Assembly (NCBI GenBank): GCA_000004695.1
Contig: CM000155.2
Coordinates: forward strand, 192,001 to 256,000
Reading direction: 5' to 3'
Source: Dictyostelium discoideum
Taxonomy: Eukaryota
Length of the DNA stretch: 64,000 nucleotides
The translations under genes and the position numbers were made by a program. This document shows, piece by piece, positions 1-22,263 of this stretch; the first letter of the stretch is position 1, and each line of letters opens with the position of its first letter. The notes under the pieces were generated by a model, which was not told the DNA's origin, made no database searches, and saw only the letters and a program-made list of their open reading frames with translations.

Positions 1-184
1 ATTTTTTTTTTTTTTAATAGTTTGTTATTTACAATTTATAATCAAAAAGTGTATATAATTTGATTATTAATTTTTTTTTTTATTATTGGAAATTAAAAAT
101 GATGAATAAAAAAAAAAATTTTGGACGGGACTGGAAAAAAAAAAGAAAAAAAAAGATTTGAGGAAAACCTAACTTGATTTGAAA

Positions 185-1390
185 TTAATAATTTTGATCA
201 ATAAAGAGATCGATCTCATTTTGATAAGCTGTCCAAAAGTGTGGATTGGATAGTGATAGTTTTTGAATTTTAATGGTATTGGCAATTATTGATTCTAATG
301 GAGATGGTTCATCGAGTGATTGGTAACGAGAGATTGCCATACCAATTTGACAAAGATTTAAACCGGCTTCAACGGCTTTCTTAACGAATAGGGTGGTCAA
401 TTTGAGTGTTTCCAAACAACCCAATCTTAATTTTGGTAGTTTTGAGTGGAGTTGACGGATCACCTTATCGATATCGATGGATTCAACTAATTGTTTCTCT
501 TTTTCGCTGAATGGTACCTTTGATTGTGGAAAATTGATCCAGTCAAACCAAGCGTCTGATAATTGGTCCGATGATGGTAAACATAAACTATGGTCAATTG
601 GCACCAATTCAAGACGATCACTGTCCTCTTTGGCTACAACTAACAAGTTACCGGAATGTCTATCACAATTCAATACTAAACTATCCAATAAACCAATACG
701 ATGAATATCATCAACTGAAAACTTTGAACAACCAACCTCGTCTGCAGTATCTTCATAGACGATGTATTCTTGTAATGAACCAATCTTTTTAACACCAAGA
801 AGTTCATTAAAGTTTGAATCATTTTCAGTGGCTGCTCCATCAGCTTGTTGTTGTTTATTCCAAATTGGATGTTGAACTTCAACCAATGTTGTAACTGGCA
901 CACCAAAATATCCCTTATGGAGTTGATCAAAGAGATAAATTGCCACCTCTTTGAAAACTCCTTCACCAGGTAAAGTACCAGCCTTCATTCCCATCATTGA
1001 ATGGTTTGGACCAATGATTCCATTCTCTTCATCTCTTGGTTTAAATACAGATATTGGATGAGTATCCTTTTCACCTTGAATGAAATAAACACCACCTCCT
1101 ACGCCTTCCGAACAAAGTTTTGGACTACTAGTTGATAAACGTTTACCAGATAACTCCATTAATTCTGCTTGATTAGAATTAATTTGACTTGATAACCATG
1201 GGCTGCCAGATTTTCTTAAACTTTTATCATTATTTGGTGATTGTAATTGTTGTTGTTGAATTGAATCATTCGATGACTTTAAATCTTTATTATTATATTT
1301 GCTATCTTTTCTTTGGAAAATTGGTGAACGAATAACTCTATTTGCCTCTTCTGCTGGCAAATAGAGTGGGGTTGGTGCCATTGAAATCAT
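185..1390 (-). CDS. Phosphatidylinositol 4-kinase type II (PI4K2 family), single exon, 401 aa
   Basis: ORF 185..1390. GGGVYFIQGEKDTHPISVFKPRDEENG aligns to the PI4K2A [26 protein letters not shown] motif. The catalytic-loop-like LVLNCDRHSGNLLV, PIDHSLCLP and WFDWINFPQSKVPFSEKEKQLV (versus [21 protein letters not shown]) also match. ATG at 1390 is preceded by A-rich sequence. Confidence 0.8.
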   Translation of the reverse strand: MISMAPTPLYLPAEEANRVIRSPIFQRKDSKYNNKDLKSSNDSIQQQQLQSPNNDKSLRKSGSPWLSSQINSNQAELMELSGKRLSTSSPKLCSEGVGGGVYFIQGEKDTHPISVFKPRDEENGIIGPNHSMMGMKAGTLPGEGVFKEVAIYLFDQLHKGYFGVPVTTLVEVQHPIWNKQQQADGAATENDSNFNELLGVKKIGSLQEYIVYEDTADEVGCSKFSVDDIHRIGLLDSLVLNCDRHSGNLLVVAKEDSDRLELVPIDHSLCLPSSDQLSDAWFDWINFPQSKVPFSEKEKQLVESIDIDKVIRQLHSKLPKLRLGCLETLKLTTLFVKKAVEAGLNLCQIGMAISRYQSLDEPSPLESIIANTIKIQKLSLSNPHFWTAYQNEIDLFIDQNY

Positions 1391-2126
1391 TTTTTAATGG
1401 ATTTTATTTATAAAAAAAAAGGGGTGGAAAAAATTAAAAAAATATTGTTTTTGAGGGAATTGGATTTTTGTTTTGTTTTGTTTTTTTTTTTTTTTTTGTT
1501 TTTTATTACAAAAAAAGATGAATGGAAAAAAAACACAGATTTACTATTTACTAAAACATTAATTATTTACAATTGATTTTTTACAACAAAAAAAAAAAAA
1601 AAAAATATATTTATTGTGATTGGAAAAAAAAAATAAAAAAATGGATATGTGATTTTTATTTTAAAAACTAAAACTAATAAAAAAAAAAAAACTTTTCTTT
1701 TTAAAATAATTTTGATGAACAAAACAAAAAGAGTTACTTAAAAACTAAAAACATATTATATAATAAAAGTTACTTTACAACAAAAAAATTAAGAAATGAA
1801 GGAAATATTAAAAACTATTTTAACTAGTTTGTGTGAAAAAAAAAAAAATGGTGGTATGATTATTATTTTTTTTTTTTTTTTTTTTCTAATTTTTTAACAA
1901 AAAAATAAGGTACTAAAGCATCCTTTGTGAGAAAATAAAAAGTGAAATAAATTAAAAATTTAAAATTAAAATATTAATTTTGAGAGGTTGGATGAATTTA
2001 GATATTTTTAAAATAAATATTTTATGATAGTGTTGTTGGTGATTATGATTATAATGTTGATGATGATGTATTAAAAAAAACACAAAATATTAATTTAATT
2101 TAACAAAAAAAAAAAGAAAGAAAAAA

Positions 2127-2160
<34 letters not shown>

Positions 2161-2223
2161 GAATGGACTGGATTTTAAAATATTGTGAGTTTGAGAGTGT
2201 ATAAATTATTATTATTATTATTT

Positions 2224-2224
<1 letters not shown>

Positions 2225-2263
<39 letters not shown>

Positions 2264-2275
2264 TTTTATTATTAT
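2225..2275. repeat. (TTTA)n microsatellite in an intergenic region
   Basis: The sequence reads atttatttatttatttattt directly. Confidence 0.85.
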
Positions 2276-2687
2276 TTATTTTATTATTATTTTTTTTTTT
2301 TTTTTTTTTCTCTTTGTGGGTGTGGTGAGTGGGTTGTATTATTTGTGGTTTATATTATAATTGACAATGTATCATTAAAAATACTATTATTATTATTGTT
2401 ATTTTTATTATTATAATTATTTTTATTTTATTATATATTTATATTGTATATTATGTCCCCCAGATTTTAAAGTTGTATGTAAATAAATAGATATTAGAGT
2501 TATTGTTGGGCTTGACTATTAATAAACCAGTTGATTTAAATTTAAATTATTTTTGAAAATTGTTATTTATAACTAGGTATATTGGCGTTAATATTTTCAA
2601 TAAACTAAATTATGGGGTATGTGTGTGTGGATACTATAACTTACATTTTTTTTTTTTTTTTTAAAATTTCTTATTTCTTTTTTTTTT

Positions 2688-2753
<66 letters not shown>

Positions 2754-2889
2754 CCAAAACCTTCAACAATGCTATCTATCACAAAGTCTTGCTTCCTTTT
2801 GAAAACTTGAACGTATTGTACAAAAGGATTTAAAACAATGACGAAAACAATCAAATAATGGCTTCTGGTGGTGAAATATTGTTGGAGAT

Positions 2890-2924
<35 letters not shown>

Positions 2925-3256
2925 TATTTAAAGAAATAATCTATTTAAAAAAAAAAATAATAATAATAAAATAAAAAATAAATATTGTATGAGTTTTTGT
3001 GATTTTTATTTAAAATAATAAAAAAAAAAAAAAAAAAAAACTAAAGAAATTTTAATTTAAATTTTAAAAAATCTTTTTGTTTTTTCTCAAAAAAAAAGAA
3101 AAATAAAAATAAAAAAAAAATAAATTAAAAAAAAAAATAAAAAAAAAATAAAAATAAAAAATTAAAAAAAATAAAATAATTATGATAATTAAAAAAAAAA
3201 AAACAGTCTTGCCTTTAAAGACGGACTCTTACCCTTATTGACAAAATTTTGGGTTT

Positions 3257-3289
<33 letters not shown>

Positions 3290-3351
3290 TTCTATAAGAA
3301 TAAAAATGTTAGTAAACTAAATTAATGGAAAAAAAAAAATTAAAAAAAAAA

Positions 3352-3478
3352 TTAAACAATATTGATATAAAAATAAAATAGAAAAAAAAATAAAAAAAAT
3401 AATAATAATCTTGAAAAAATTAAACAATATTGATATAAAAATAAAATAGAAAAAAAAATAAAAAAAATAATAATAATT
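3352..3478. repeat. Direct tandem duplication of an AT-rich unit of about 62 bp (ttaaacaatattgatataaaaataaaatagaaaaaaaaataaaaaaaataataataat)
   Basis: Two near-identical consecutive copies sit at about 3352-3415 and 3421-3478. Confidence 0.8.
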
Positions 3479-3500
3479 TGAATAATAAATTATTTATTTT

Positions 3501-3535
<35 letters not shown>

Positions 3536-3810
3536 GGGCTTTTTTTTTAAAAAAAAAATTGCTATGTTGCCACCATAACACAAGTGACTGTATAGTAATA
3601 CAAAGAAAATGTGGAACAAGATTGAAAACCAGACCCCCAAAAGAGGATATTTTAAAAAAAACCAAAAAAAAAAAAAAAAATTAAAAAAAAATAAAATTTT
3701 ATTATACCCTTTTTTATCCAAAAAATCCTAACCAAAAAATAATAGTAATAGTAATGATAAATTGAGATTTGATTCCAAAGGTGAATTGAAATTTTGGATA
3801 ATATTGTGCT

Positions 3811-3847
<37 letters not shown>

Positions 3848-4011
3848 CTTCTCAAAATTATTATTTTTGATATTATATTTGCAATTAATAACTGACCAAC
3901 CAAAATCAACAAGTGTGTGATGGGGGTCAAAAAATTTGTTAGAATTTATCAAAATTATTATTATTATTAAATATTATTTAACTTGTGTGGTCTCCCCAAA
4001 TAATTTAACTT

Positions 4012-4043
<32 letters not shown>

Positions 4044-5189
4044 TTATTATGAATATTCGCCCAATTCTATCAGAATAAAAAAAAAAAAAATAAAAAGCAA
4101 GCAAATCTCGTTGTGAATGTGGGTTTGTGTGAATGTAGCAAATTAATGGTAGTCAATTTAAATATAAAATTTGGAAAAAAAAATAAAAAATAATTAATTA
4201 CAATAATAAAAAAAAAAAAAAAAAAAAAATTTAAATAATAATAATTATAAAATAAATAAAATAAAATAAATAAATAAAATAAATAAAATATATAATATAT
4301 ATAATATATAATAAAATAAAAAATAAAATATAAAAAATAAAAAAAAGTAAATAGATAGAAAAAAAAGTAAAAAAGTTAAGTTTTTTTTTTATTTGTTTTA
4401 ATGTGTTAAAAAGATTATATAATAAGTAAATGTATTAAAAAAAAAAAAATTATTTAATTTATTACTATTACCTTCCTAAATTAAATTAATTAAAAAATTA
4501 AAAATTTATTGGTTTTGAAAAAAAAAAAAAAAAAATTCCCCCAATAAAAAATTTTAGAATTTTGGAAACACTTTCATTGCGACCTAAGATATCTCTGATC
4601 AAACATTTCTTATAAATAAGATTGAAAATAACCTAAAAAAATATTTTTATTATTTTTTATTTTTAACGTAATACAACAATTAATTATGTCACATTTATTA
4701 TTTTTGATTACCCAAAAAAAAAAAATTTTATTTTTATTTTTTTAATTTTTTTTTTTATTTTTTTTTTTAAAAAAAAAAAACTTTTTTCTTTTTTTTTTTT
4801 TTTTTTTTTTTCATTTTAATTTTTTTTTTTATTTTATTTAAATTAAAAACTCTGTGTCCAAAACAATAAAACCATTGCGCAAGCTTTCGATGTTTATAAA
4901 ATATCTTGAGAGAGAGGGTTCATTTATCGATTTTTTTAAAACAAATTTAAATCCAATCAAAAACTAAATATATCCCAATAAATATATCTATTTAAAAAAA
5001 GGTTTTTTTTTTTTTTCCCACTTTGTTTCATTTCATTTTTTTATTTTTAATTTTATTTATTTTAATTTTTTTTTTTATAATTATTTATTTTTTAAATTTT
5101 TTTTTTTTTTTTTTTTTATAATTATTATTTTTATTTTTCATTCATTTATTTTTTTTTTTTTTTTTCTGTTTGTAATTTAACATCTCAAA

Positions 5190-5330
5190 CATTTCACACA
5201 TACCACACCCACCAATTAAATAAATTTAAATTTAATTTTATATATATAACTCCAACTACACCAATAAATTGAAAAATACTGTGTTCTCATTATATACATA
5301 TATATACACACACAATAATAAATACACCAT
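5190..5330 (+). promoter_or_regulatory. CA-rich, relatively GC-enriched island about 450-580 bp upstream of the bZIP ATG; candidate promoter or 5' UTR element
   Basis: The tract catctcaaacatttcacacataccacacccaccaattaaa...tatatacacacacaataataaatacacc stands out from the flanking pure A/T sequence. The call rests on position only. Confidence 0.3.
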
Positions 5331-5773
5331 ATATTTTTTTTAATATTTACAAAACTTTTGTTTTTTATTTTTTATTTTTTATTTTTTATTTTTATTTTTA
5401 AAATAATTTAATCTAATAACAATAATAAAATAAATAAATAATTATCAAATCTTTAAAAAAAAAAAAAAAAAACACTACCATAATAACAATAATAATAATA
5501 ATAATAATAATAATAATTAGTGAAAATAACCCAATAATATATAAAAGGGAAAAATAAAAAGGAAAAATAATATAAAATTAAATAAATAAATAAACAAATA
5601 GTTAAGAGCCATCAAAAAAGAAAATAAAAAAAAAAAAAAAAACATTTTTTTTTTTTAAAGTCAAATCCCCTTTATTTTTTTTATTTTTTTATTGTTTTTT
5701 ATTTTCTATGGATGCAAGATAAACATTTTAATCATTTAATTCAAAATTTACAATATCAATAAAAATTACAGAA

Positions 5774-5994
5774 ATGAATCAATTTTATCAATCTACCACT
5801 GGTGGACAACAAAACAATAATAATGGTAACCAATTTCAACAATATCAACCTCAACAACAACAACAATTTCAACAATATTCACCATCAAATGCAAACAATA
5901 ACAACACAACTACAACAACCACTACTTCAACATCAAAAAAAGGTAAAAATAAAGATAATCAATCAAAACAACAACAAATACAACAACAACAAAT

Positions 5995-6034
<40 letters not shown>

Positions 6035-7381
6035 ATACAACAACAAAGTGTTGATACACCATCATCATATAATGGAGACGGATCAGATGATGGATCAGAT
6101 ACAGAACGTGAGAATAAAAAGAATAGAAATAGAGTGAACCAAAATCTTGCATCAAGAAATTATAGACAAAGAAAGAAGGAATATATTAAAGAGATTGAAG
6201 AGAAGTTGGCGGTATTGGCATTAGAGAATGATCAATTGAAAAAGGAGAATATAAATCTAAAGAAAGGGGGTGGCGTTGAAATTATGAAACCTGACCCCGC
6301 CTTTATCACAATGATGATGGAGGCCAAACAAATCATCATTCAACTCGACGTGGCGATCAAAAAGAACGATGAAAGATCTCTCATCTATCTCTTACAATTG
6401 TTTCATCTCTCCATTGAAAAACGTCACACTATCGTCGAGAGAGAAGTCGAGAAAATGGTTCACCCATACACCCAGGCCAAATTGGCGGCAATGGGCTACG
6501 TACCCTCTTTGGAGAATCCAATGATCTCTTCCATCTCTGGTCCTTCATCAGATGGTTGGTGGACAATGTATATCAGTGAGGCTCAAATCACCGAAGAACA
6601 AGCTAAAGCCATCAAACAACTTCGTTCAAATCATTGGAAAGCCGATATCGAATTAAGAAATGAAAGAGAGAAATTAGATAGATCAATTAAAGAATTTTAC
6701 CTAAATCGTGTTATGGTTTTCCCAACAAATGAAAGATTAAATAAATCTTTTGCTACTAATCTATCATTATCTGATGGTCCAAATCCAACTTCTCCAAATT
6801 CTTCATCTGTAACTCAATCTACTTTAGTTAGACCTTCACCTGGTTTAACTTTATTAAATAATTTAAATGAAGAAAATAATAATAGCAATAATAGTAGTAA
6901 TAGTAGTAATAATAATACTACCACTAATAATAATAATAATAATAGTTTAACACCAACACCAAATCAAAATAATAATATAAGTAATATAGCAGTTAATGGT
7001 ACTATATCAGTGGTAAATGAATTAGGATTTAGTCCAATTAATGGTAATATCGATATTAGTGAAATTTTAGAATTCACAAGAAAATTGGAAGCATTGAAAA
7101 AGAATTTTGTAAAACAAAGAACATTGATGGAAGATACTCATTCAGCTTTAAGTAGTATTCTCACACCAAAACAAGAGGCAATGCTTTTGGTTAGAGTTCA
7201 TTCAAGTACTCGTTATGATTTTGCAAATATGGAAATGTTAAAGAATGTTTGGGGTAGTGTCATTGCAAAAGATACAACCTCTTATCCACAACCACCAACA
7301 TTTTCACAACAAACTCAACAATTACAACAAGCTCAATTACAATTACAAAATCAAACAAAACAACAACAACAACAATTACAA

Positions 7382-7422
<41 letters not shown>

Positions 7423-7582
7423 TAGTTTTAATAATAGTAATAATAATAATGTACAAAATAATTCTTCAAATCCATCAACTCCTGGTGGTAATAATGATCA
7501 ACAAAATATTTATTATACTTCCTCTCCATCAATTCCATCATCACCATATAATCACCACCAACAACAACCTTCGAGACAATAA
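5774..7582 (+). CDS. bZIP (basic-leucine zipper) transcription factor with poly-Q/N low-complexity flanks, 602 aa
   Basis: Basic region NRNRVNQNLASRNYRQRKKEYIKEIEEKL is followed by a heptad Leu zipper (LAVLALENDQLKKENINLKK). The rest is CAA/AAT-encoded Q/N tracts typical of dictyostelid bZIPs. No intron is evident. Confidence 0.75.
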
Positions 7583-7739
7583 TAACTGAATAAATGTTTT
7601 TTTTTAGTTATAAAAAAAAAAAAAAAAAAAAATTTGATTTGTCCCTTTTATTATATATGCTTAAATTTTTATAAATATTGTTTTTTTTTTTTTTTTTTTT
7701 TTTTTTATTTTAGATTGTATTATTTTTCTTTTCTTCTTT

Positions 7740-8765
<1,026 letters not shown>

Positions 8766-8786
8766 TTTATTTATTTAATTTTATTT

Positions 8787-8826
<40 letters not shown>

Positions 8827-8906
8827 GAGGGAAGACCAATCAAAAAATTTCTGGAAATATATATTAAATTATATTATATATTTGAATTTGAATTTGATTT
8901 TCAAAA

Positions 8907-8946
<40 letters not shown>

Positions 8947-9268
8947 AAATTTGGAAAAAAAATTTTAAAGGAAAAAAAAATTTTAAAAAAAAAAAAAAAA
9001 GGAAAAATTTTAAAATTGGCCCCCGGGGGTTTTTTAAAAAAAAAACCCATTAATTTTAAATTAATTTAAAATTGGAGGAATTGGGGGGATTCCAAAAAAA
9101 AACCAATAATAATAATAATCAAGACCAAAAAAGCCAATTTTTTTTTTTTTTTATTTTTATTTTTTTTTTTTATTTTTATTTCATTTTTTTTTTTGTCTCT
9201 CCAAATGGCTTCGCTTTCAAAATTTTAAAAAACAATGAAAAAAAAAAAAAAAAAAAATTCATTTTTTT

Positions 9269-9307
<39 letters not shown>

Positions 9308-9366
9308 AATTTATATTTTTGAATTTGGTGGTCAAAATAAATCCTTCTATACATATACCCTAAAAG

Positions 9367-11505
9367 ATGTCTCAAATGATTGTAAGAAATATATTAAACC
9401 TTTATTTATCACTATTACACTATATATATTGATCAAATACTCACCAAACTATCTTTTAATTTTTTTTTTTTCAATATTTAAAAAAAAAAACATCAAACCC
9501 CCAAATTTTCAAATATTAACAATTCACCATATTCTTATTTTTAAAAACAAACAAACAATTAAAAACAAACAAATAAATAAACAAACAAACAAACAAACAA
9601 ACAAACAAACAAACAAACAAACAAACAAACAAACAATCAATCAATCAATCAATAAAACAAATAAATAAATAAACAAATAAATAAACAAACGAACGAACAA
9701 ATAAACAAACGAATGAACAAATGAATGAACAAATCAAATAAATACAAATGAATTAAATTAATTTAATTAAATTAATAATTTTGGAATTTTCAATTAATCA
9801 ATAAATGAAAAATTTTAAATGAAATTTATTATTATTATTATTATTATTATAGAGACCACCAATTGTACTTTTAAAAGAAGGTACAGATACATCACAAGGT
9901 TTACCACAATTAATTAGTAATATAAATGCATGTTGTGCAATCGTAGATACAGTACGTACAACATTAGGACCACGTGGTATGGATAAATTAATCTATCAAA
10001 GCGAAAGACAGGTTACCATATCAAACGATGGTGCCACCGTTATGAAATTATTAGATATTGTACATCCAGCAGCACGTACATTGGTAGATATAGCAAAGAG
10101 TCAAGATTCAGAAGTTGGTGATGGTACAACCAGTGTAGTGATTTTAGCAGGTGAATTCCTTAAAGCAGCCAAACCATTCCTCGAGGAGGGTATTCATCCA
10201 CAAATTATAATCCGTGCCTTTAGAAGTGCATGTGAATTGGCTAAACAAAAGATTCAAGAGTTGAGCGTAGATATCAAACCAGAAAACATGAGAGAATTCC
10301 TCGAAAAGTGTGCTTCAACCTCGATGAACTCTAAATTAATCGCCTCTCACAAACAATTCTTTAGTAAAATGGTGGTAGACGCCGTACAATTGTTGGACGA
10401 CAATATCGATCTCGATATGATTGGCATCAAGAAGGAGAGTGGTGGTGGTTTGGGTGACTCTCAATTCATTGCTGGTGCCGCCTTCAAACGTACCTTTTTC
10501 TATGCAGGTTTCGAGCAACAACCAAAACACATCAAAAATCCAAAAGTACTCTGTCTCAACATTGAATTGGAATTAAAGGCAGAGAAAGACAATGCAGAGA
10601 TTCGTATCTCTGACCCAACTAAATATCAATCATTGGTCAATGCAGAGTGGAAGTTGTTCTTTGACAAACTCGAAGCCATCCATGCAAGCGGTGTCAATGT
10701 CGTCCTCTCCAAATTGGCCATTGGTGATTTGGCCACCCAATTCTTTGCCGACAAGAATATGTTTTGTGCTGGTCGTGTACCTGATGATGACATTCGTCGT
10801 GTTTGTCGTGCCACCGGTGCTGCCATCCAAAACACTACATCCAATATCATCCCAGACGTAATTGGTACCTGCGACCTCTTTGAAGAGGTTCAAGTAGGTG
10901 GTCAACGTTACAACTTGTTCACTGGCTGCACAATGACCCAAACCGCCACTATCATCCTTCGTGGTGGTGGTGAACAATTCATCGATGAGGCCGAACGTTC
11001 CCTTCACGATTCTATCATGATCGTTAGACGTGCCCGTAAACATAGATCAGTGGTTGCCGGTGGTGGTGCTATTGAAATGGAAGTCTCTAAATATCTTCGT
11101 GACTATTCCCTCTCCATTGAAGGTAAGAAGCAACTCCTCATCAATGCTTTCGCTAAAGCACTCGAAGTCATCCCAAGACAAATCGCCGATAATGCTGGTT
11201 TCGACTCTACCGATATCCTCAATCAATTAAGACAAAAACATGCTCAAGGTGAAAAATGGTTTGGTGTTGACATTGTAAACGAAGGTATTTGTGATACCTA
11301 TGAATCTGCAATTTGGGAACCATCTCTCGTTAAACTCAATTCAATCGTTGCCGCAACTGAAGCAACTTGTTTAATCCTCTCTGTTGATGAAACCGTTCAA
11401 AATAATCAAGCTGAACAAGCTCAAGCTGGTCCACAAATTAATAACCAAACACGTCAAGCTTTATCACGTGGTAGAGGTGTTCAAGCAATGAGAGGTAGAG
11501 GTTAA
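9367..11505 (+). CDS. cct7: T-complex protein 1 subunit eta (chaperonin CCT7), 555 aa: join(9367..9381,9853..11505)
   Basis: Exon 1 is a tiny ATGTCTCAAATGATT followed by a gtaaga donor. After the tattatag acceptor at 9851-9852, exon 2 begins [47 protein letters not shown], which is near-identical to human CCT7 [49 protein letters not shown]. The full length aligns, including [23 protein letters not shown] and the RGRG tail. A (CAAA)n microsatellite sits in the intron. Confidence 0.93.
9541..9715. repeat. (CAAA)n/(AAAC)n tetranucleotide microsatellite with CAAT/GAAC variants, inside cct7 intron 1
   Basis: The sequence reads aaacaaacaaacaaaca...caatcaatcaatcaat...aacgaacgaac directly. Confidence 0.9.
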
Positions 11506-11636
11506 AAAAAAAAAAAAAAAAAAAACAAATTTAATTAAATAATAATAAAAAAAAAAAAAAATAAAATAAAATAAAAAAAAAAAAAAAAAATTAAAAAATA
11601 ATTAAATGTATACAAATAAGATTTTAAAAAATTTAT

Positions 11637-12279
11637 TTAATATCTATTAATTGGTACCCATTTTGGAGCATCAGTAAATAATCTCATTGCATGAATATTT
11701 CTACTTTCATCAAGTGCAAAACGATGATACATATTTGCTGGCTATTAATTTTTTTTTTTTTTTTTCATTGTTAGTAAATCGTTTTTTTTTTAATTTTTTT
11801 TCATTTCATTTTGGATTATAATAATAATGTTAATACATACAACTATAATTAAATCACCTTTTTTTTCTTTAATTTTAACCCATTTATCATTTTTATCACG
11901 AATATCAAAGAAACCACAACCATCTAAAATGAATCTAATTTCTTCATCATCATGTAAGTGTCTATTTTTTATTTTTTTAATTTTTTTATTTTTTTTAAAC
12001 AATAATAATAATAATAATTAGTATTTTTTTTTAGTTATTATTTAAATAAATAAATAAATACTCTTCAAAGAAAATTTTTAATTTATCTTCTAAACCTGGT
12101 GTTTCTTTTGATAATTTAACTTCATCTCTATTTTTGTAACCTCTTTCTTTACAAAGGGTCTCTAAAGGTTCTTTATAATTTTCCTTTTCCCTATCCATTG
12201 GAAAATATAATACATTGTGTTCTTTTAAATAGTCAAGTGAAATTACATCACTTTCATTATCATAAAAATAACTTTTCAT
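11637..12279 (-). CDS. Acireductone dioxygenase (ARD/ADI1, cupin; methionine salvage), 147 aa: complement(join(11637..11741,11841..11961,12062..12279))
   Basis: Exon 1 ends KIFFEE plus GA at a GTATTT donor. Exon 2 follows an aatag acceptor: (E)[40 protein letters not shown], ending at GTATGT. Exon 3 follows an aatag acceptor: [34 protein letters not shown]. These match the ARD motifs [24 protein letters not shown]...KWIRI...LPAGIYHRFT...AMRLF. Phases are consistent. Confidence 0.8.
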
Positions 12280-12381
12280 TTTTTAGTTTTAATATTAAAT
12301 TTATCGGAGACAATTAAAAAAAAAAAACAATAAATTTAAAAAAATAATAAAATTAAAAAAAAAAAAAAAAAAAAAATTTGG

Positions 12382-12413
<32 letters not shown>

Positions 12414-12647
12414 TAAAACTGGAAAGAAAGAAAAAAATAATAAGATTAACAATGTTACAATGAATTTAAAATTTAAAATTTGATTCAATTAAAAAATTTT
12501 AAATATTTATTTCTTTTTAGGAAATAAATAAAATAATATTATATAAAAAAAAATAAAAAAAGTAATTAAATAACCCTAATATAAATTTTTTATTTTTTTT
12601 TTTTATTTTTTTTTGGAATTTGAATAAAAGTTTATTTTAATAAACAA

Positions 12648-12692
12648 CCCCCCCACCTACCACCCAACTCACCACACTCACCACTTAACATC
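12648..12692. promoter_or_regulatory. C-rich polypyrimidine/CA island (aacccccccacctaccacccaactcaccacactcaccac) about 370 bp upstream of the ARD start codon on the minus strand, between ARD and the formin gene
   Basis: The island is an outlier in composition within an AT desert. The function is inferred from position only. Confidence 0.25.
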
Positions 12693-12788
12693 ATATTTCT
12701 ATAAAAATTAATTACTTTATTTATATGTAAAACCCGTTCAATGTTAAATTTAAAAGAATTTAAACTATCCACACTCCATTTAAATAAA

Positions 12789-12824
<36 letters not shown>

Positions 12825-13951
12825 AAAATTAATTAAATTTATTTTAAAATAAATAATTAATTAATTAATTAATTAATTAATTTAAAAAATAATAATATAA
12901 TTTTTAATAAAAATTTTTTTTTTTCTTTTATCCTACACCCCACACTATTATTTACCACACATATTTATTATTATTATTGTTAATATTGTAGTAAATATTA
13001 TTAAAAAAAAAAAAAAAAAAAAAAAGGAAAAAAAATATACACAAAGTAGTAATTTTAATTTTGTATGTATACACACTATTAATTATATTAATAAAAACAT
13101 TTTAATTCTAAATAATAAAATATTATTATTTTAGTTATAGAGATATACATCAAAAATACCATAAAAACGATTATTAATTTTGAAATCTCACACACACACG
13201 CTCTCTTTTTCATTATCTCTTCATTATTAATAGATTGAATTTTTATAAAATTAAATATTAATTTTTATTTTAATGGGTAATTGTATAGTAATAATAATAA
13301 CATATATTTTAAATTATACAAACAATATTTTTGTTTTTATCAAATTTAATTTTTTTTTTCTTATTAATTTCACACATATAATTGGAGCAGTAATCAATTT
13401 TTTTTTTTTTTTTTTAAAATAATTATTTGTTTTTATTCATTAAAATTATTATTTATTATTTATTATTTATTATTACTATTATTTTTTTTTTAATTCTTTT
13501 TTAATACTATAACAATATTGTACATATATATATTTTAAATTAAATATTTATTAATATTTTTAATTTTTTTTTTTTTTATCCAATATATTATTTTAAATAA
13601 TAAATTTCCAAATTTACTAAAAAAAATTAATCAAATTAGTAGGATACAAATACGTTATTGGGTTAATTTAATAGTCTATTTAGTTTATTTTTTTATTTAT
13701 TTATTCAAATTATTTTAAAAATTAAATAATAATATTTTAATATATATTTTTTTTTTTTTTTTTTTTTCAAAAAAAAAGAAGATCATAATGGAAATTTAAA
13801 TTAGGAAATAAAAATTCACATAAAATTATAATATATTATCAAATTCAAATATCAAATATCAATTGTTATAAAAAAAAAAAAAAAAAAAAATATTTAAAAA
13901 AAAAAAAAAATAATTTCTTTAAACAAATAATTTATTTTTTCAATTTTTACA

Positions 13952-21677
<7,726 letters not shown>

Positions 21678-22263
21678 ACTAAATAAACGAAAAAAAAACA
21701 ATAAAAATTATATTATTACCTTTTTATTTATAAAAAAAGAGAAAAAAAAGTGTTTAGTTTTATTTTTAAAATAATTAAATTAATAAATAATAAAGTTGAA
21801 GAATTTAAAAATAATGTGGATTTCATTTTTTATTTATATAATATCTCAAATACTTTTAAAATTCAATTATTATTTTATTTGAATCATAAAAGTCTCATGG
21901 AATAACATTTAAAACAATCAGAGACATTTTAAAAAAAAAAAAAAAAAATTAATTGGATAATTTTAATAATTATTTAAATTTTTTTATTTGATTTTTTTTT
22001 TTTTTTTTTTTACAAATATGCTCCAAAGCATTTTAATATTTTGTTTTAATTATTAAATATTAATTTTTTTTTTTTTTAAAATATATTTATTGGGAAATGT
22101 TTGGACAACCAACAATTTTTTTCAAATTTTCACCAATTGGTATTGAAAAAGTTATTTTAAAAAATATGATTAATTTTAATAATTAAATTAAATTTATAAA
22201 TAAATTATCTTTTATAAATTTTATTACATAGTTTTATTTTATTTAATTTTATTTTATTTTAAT

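Noticed and set aside
2597-2854. ORFs translating poly-A/T tracts (poly-K/poly-F), e.g. 2597..2854, 2612..2833, 3478..3721, 9072..9308, 33468..34049, 40005..40223, 42665..42945 and 51549..51773
   Set aside because: Homopolymer and AT-microsatellite read-through. They have no codon structure and no splice context.
5802-6155. Alternative-frame or antisense ORFs over CAA/AAT coding repeats: 5802..6137, 5922..6155 poly-V, 14491..14763 and 16387..16731 poly-L, 20221..20445, 25332..25535, 35081..35425, 37157..37498, 43800..44325, 44405..46132, 47830..48299, 48780..50145 and 63515..63871
   Set aside because: Triplet repeats are open in all frames on both strands. The true frame is fixed by the flanking non-repetitive domain sequence in each gene.
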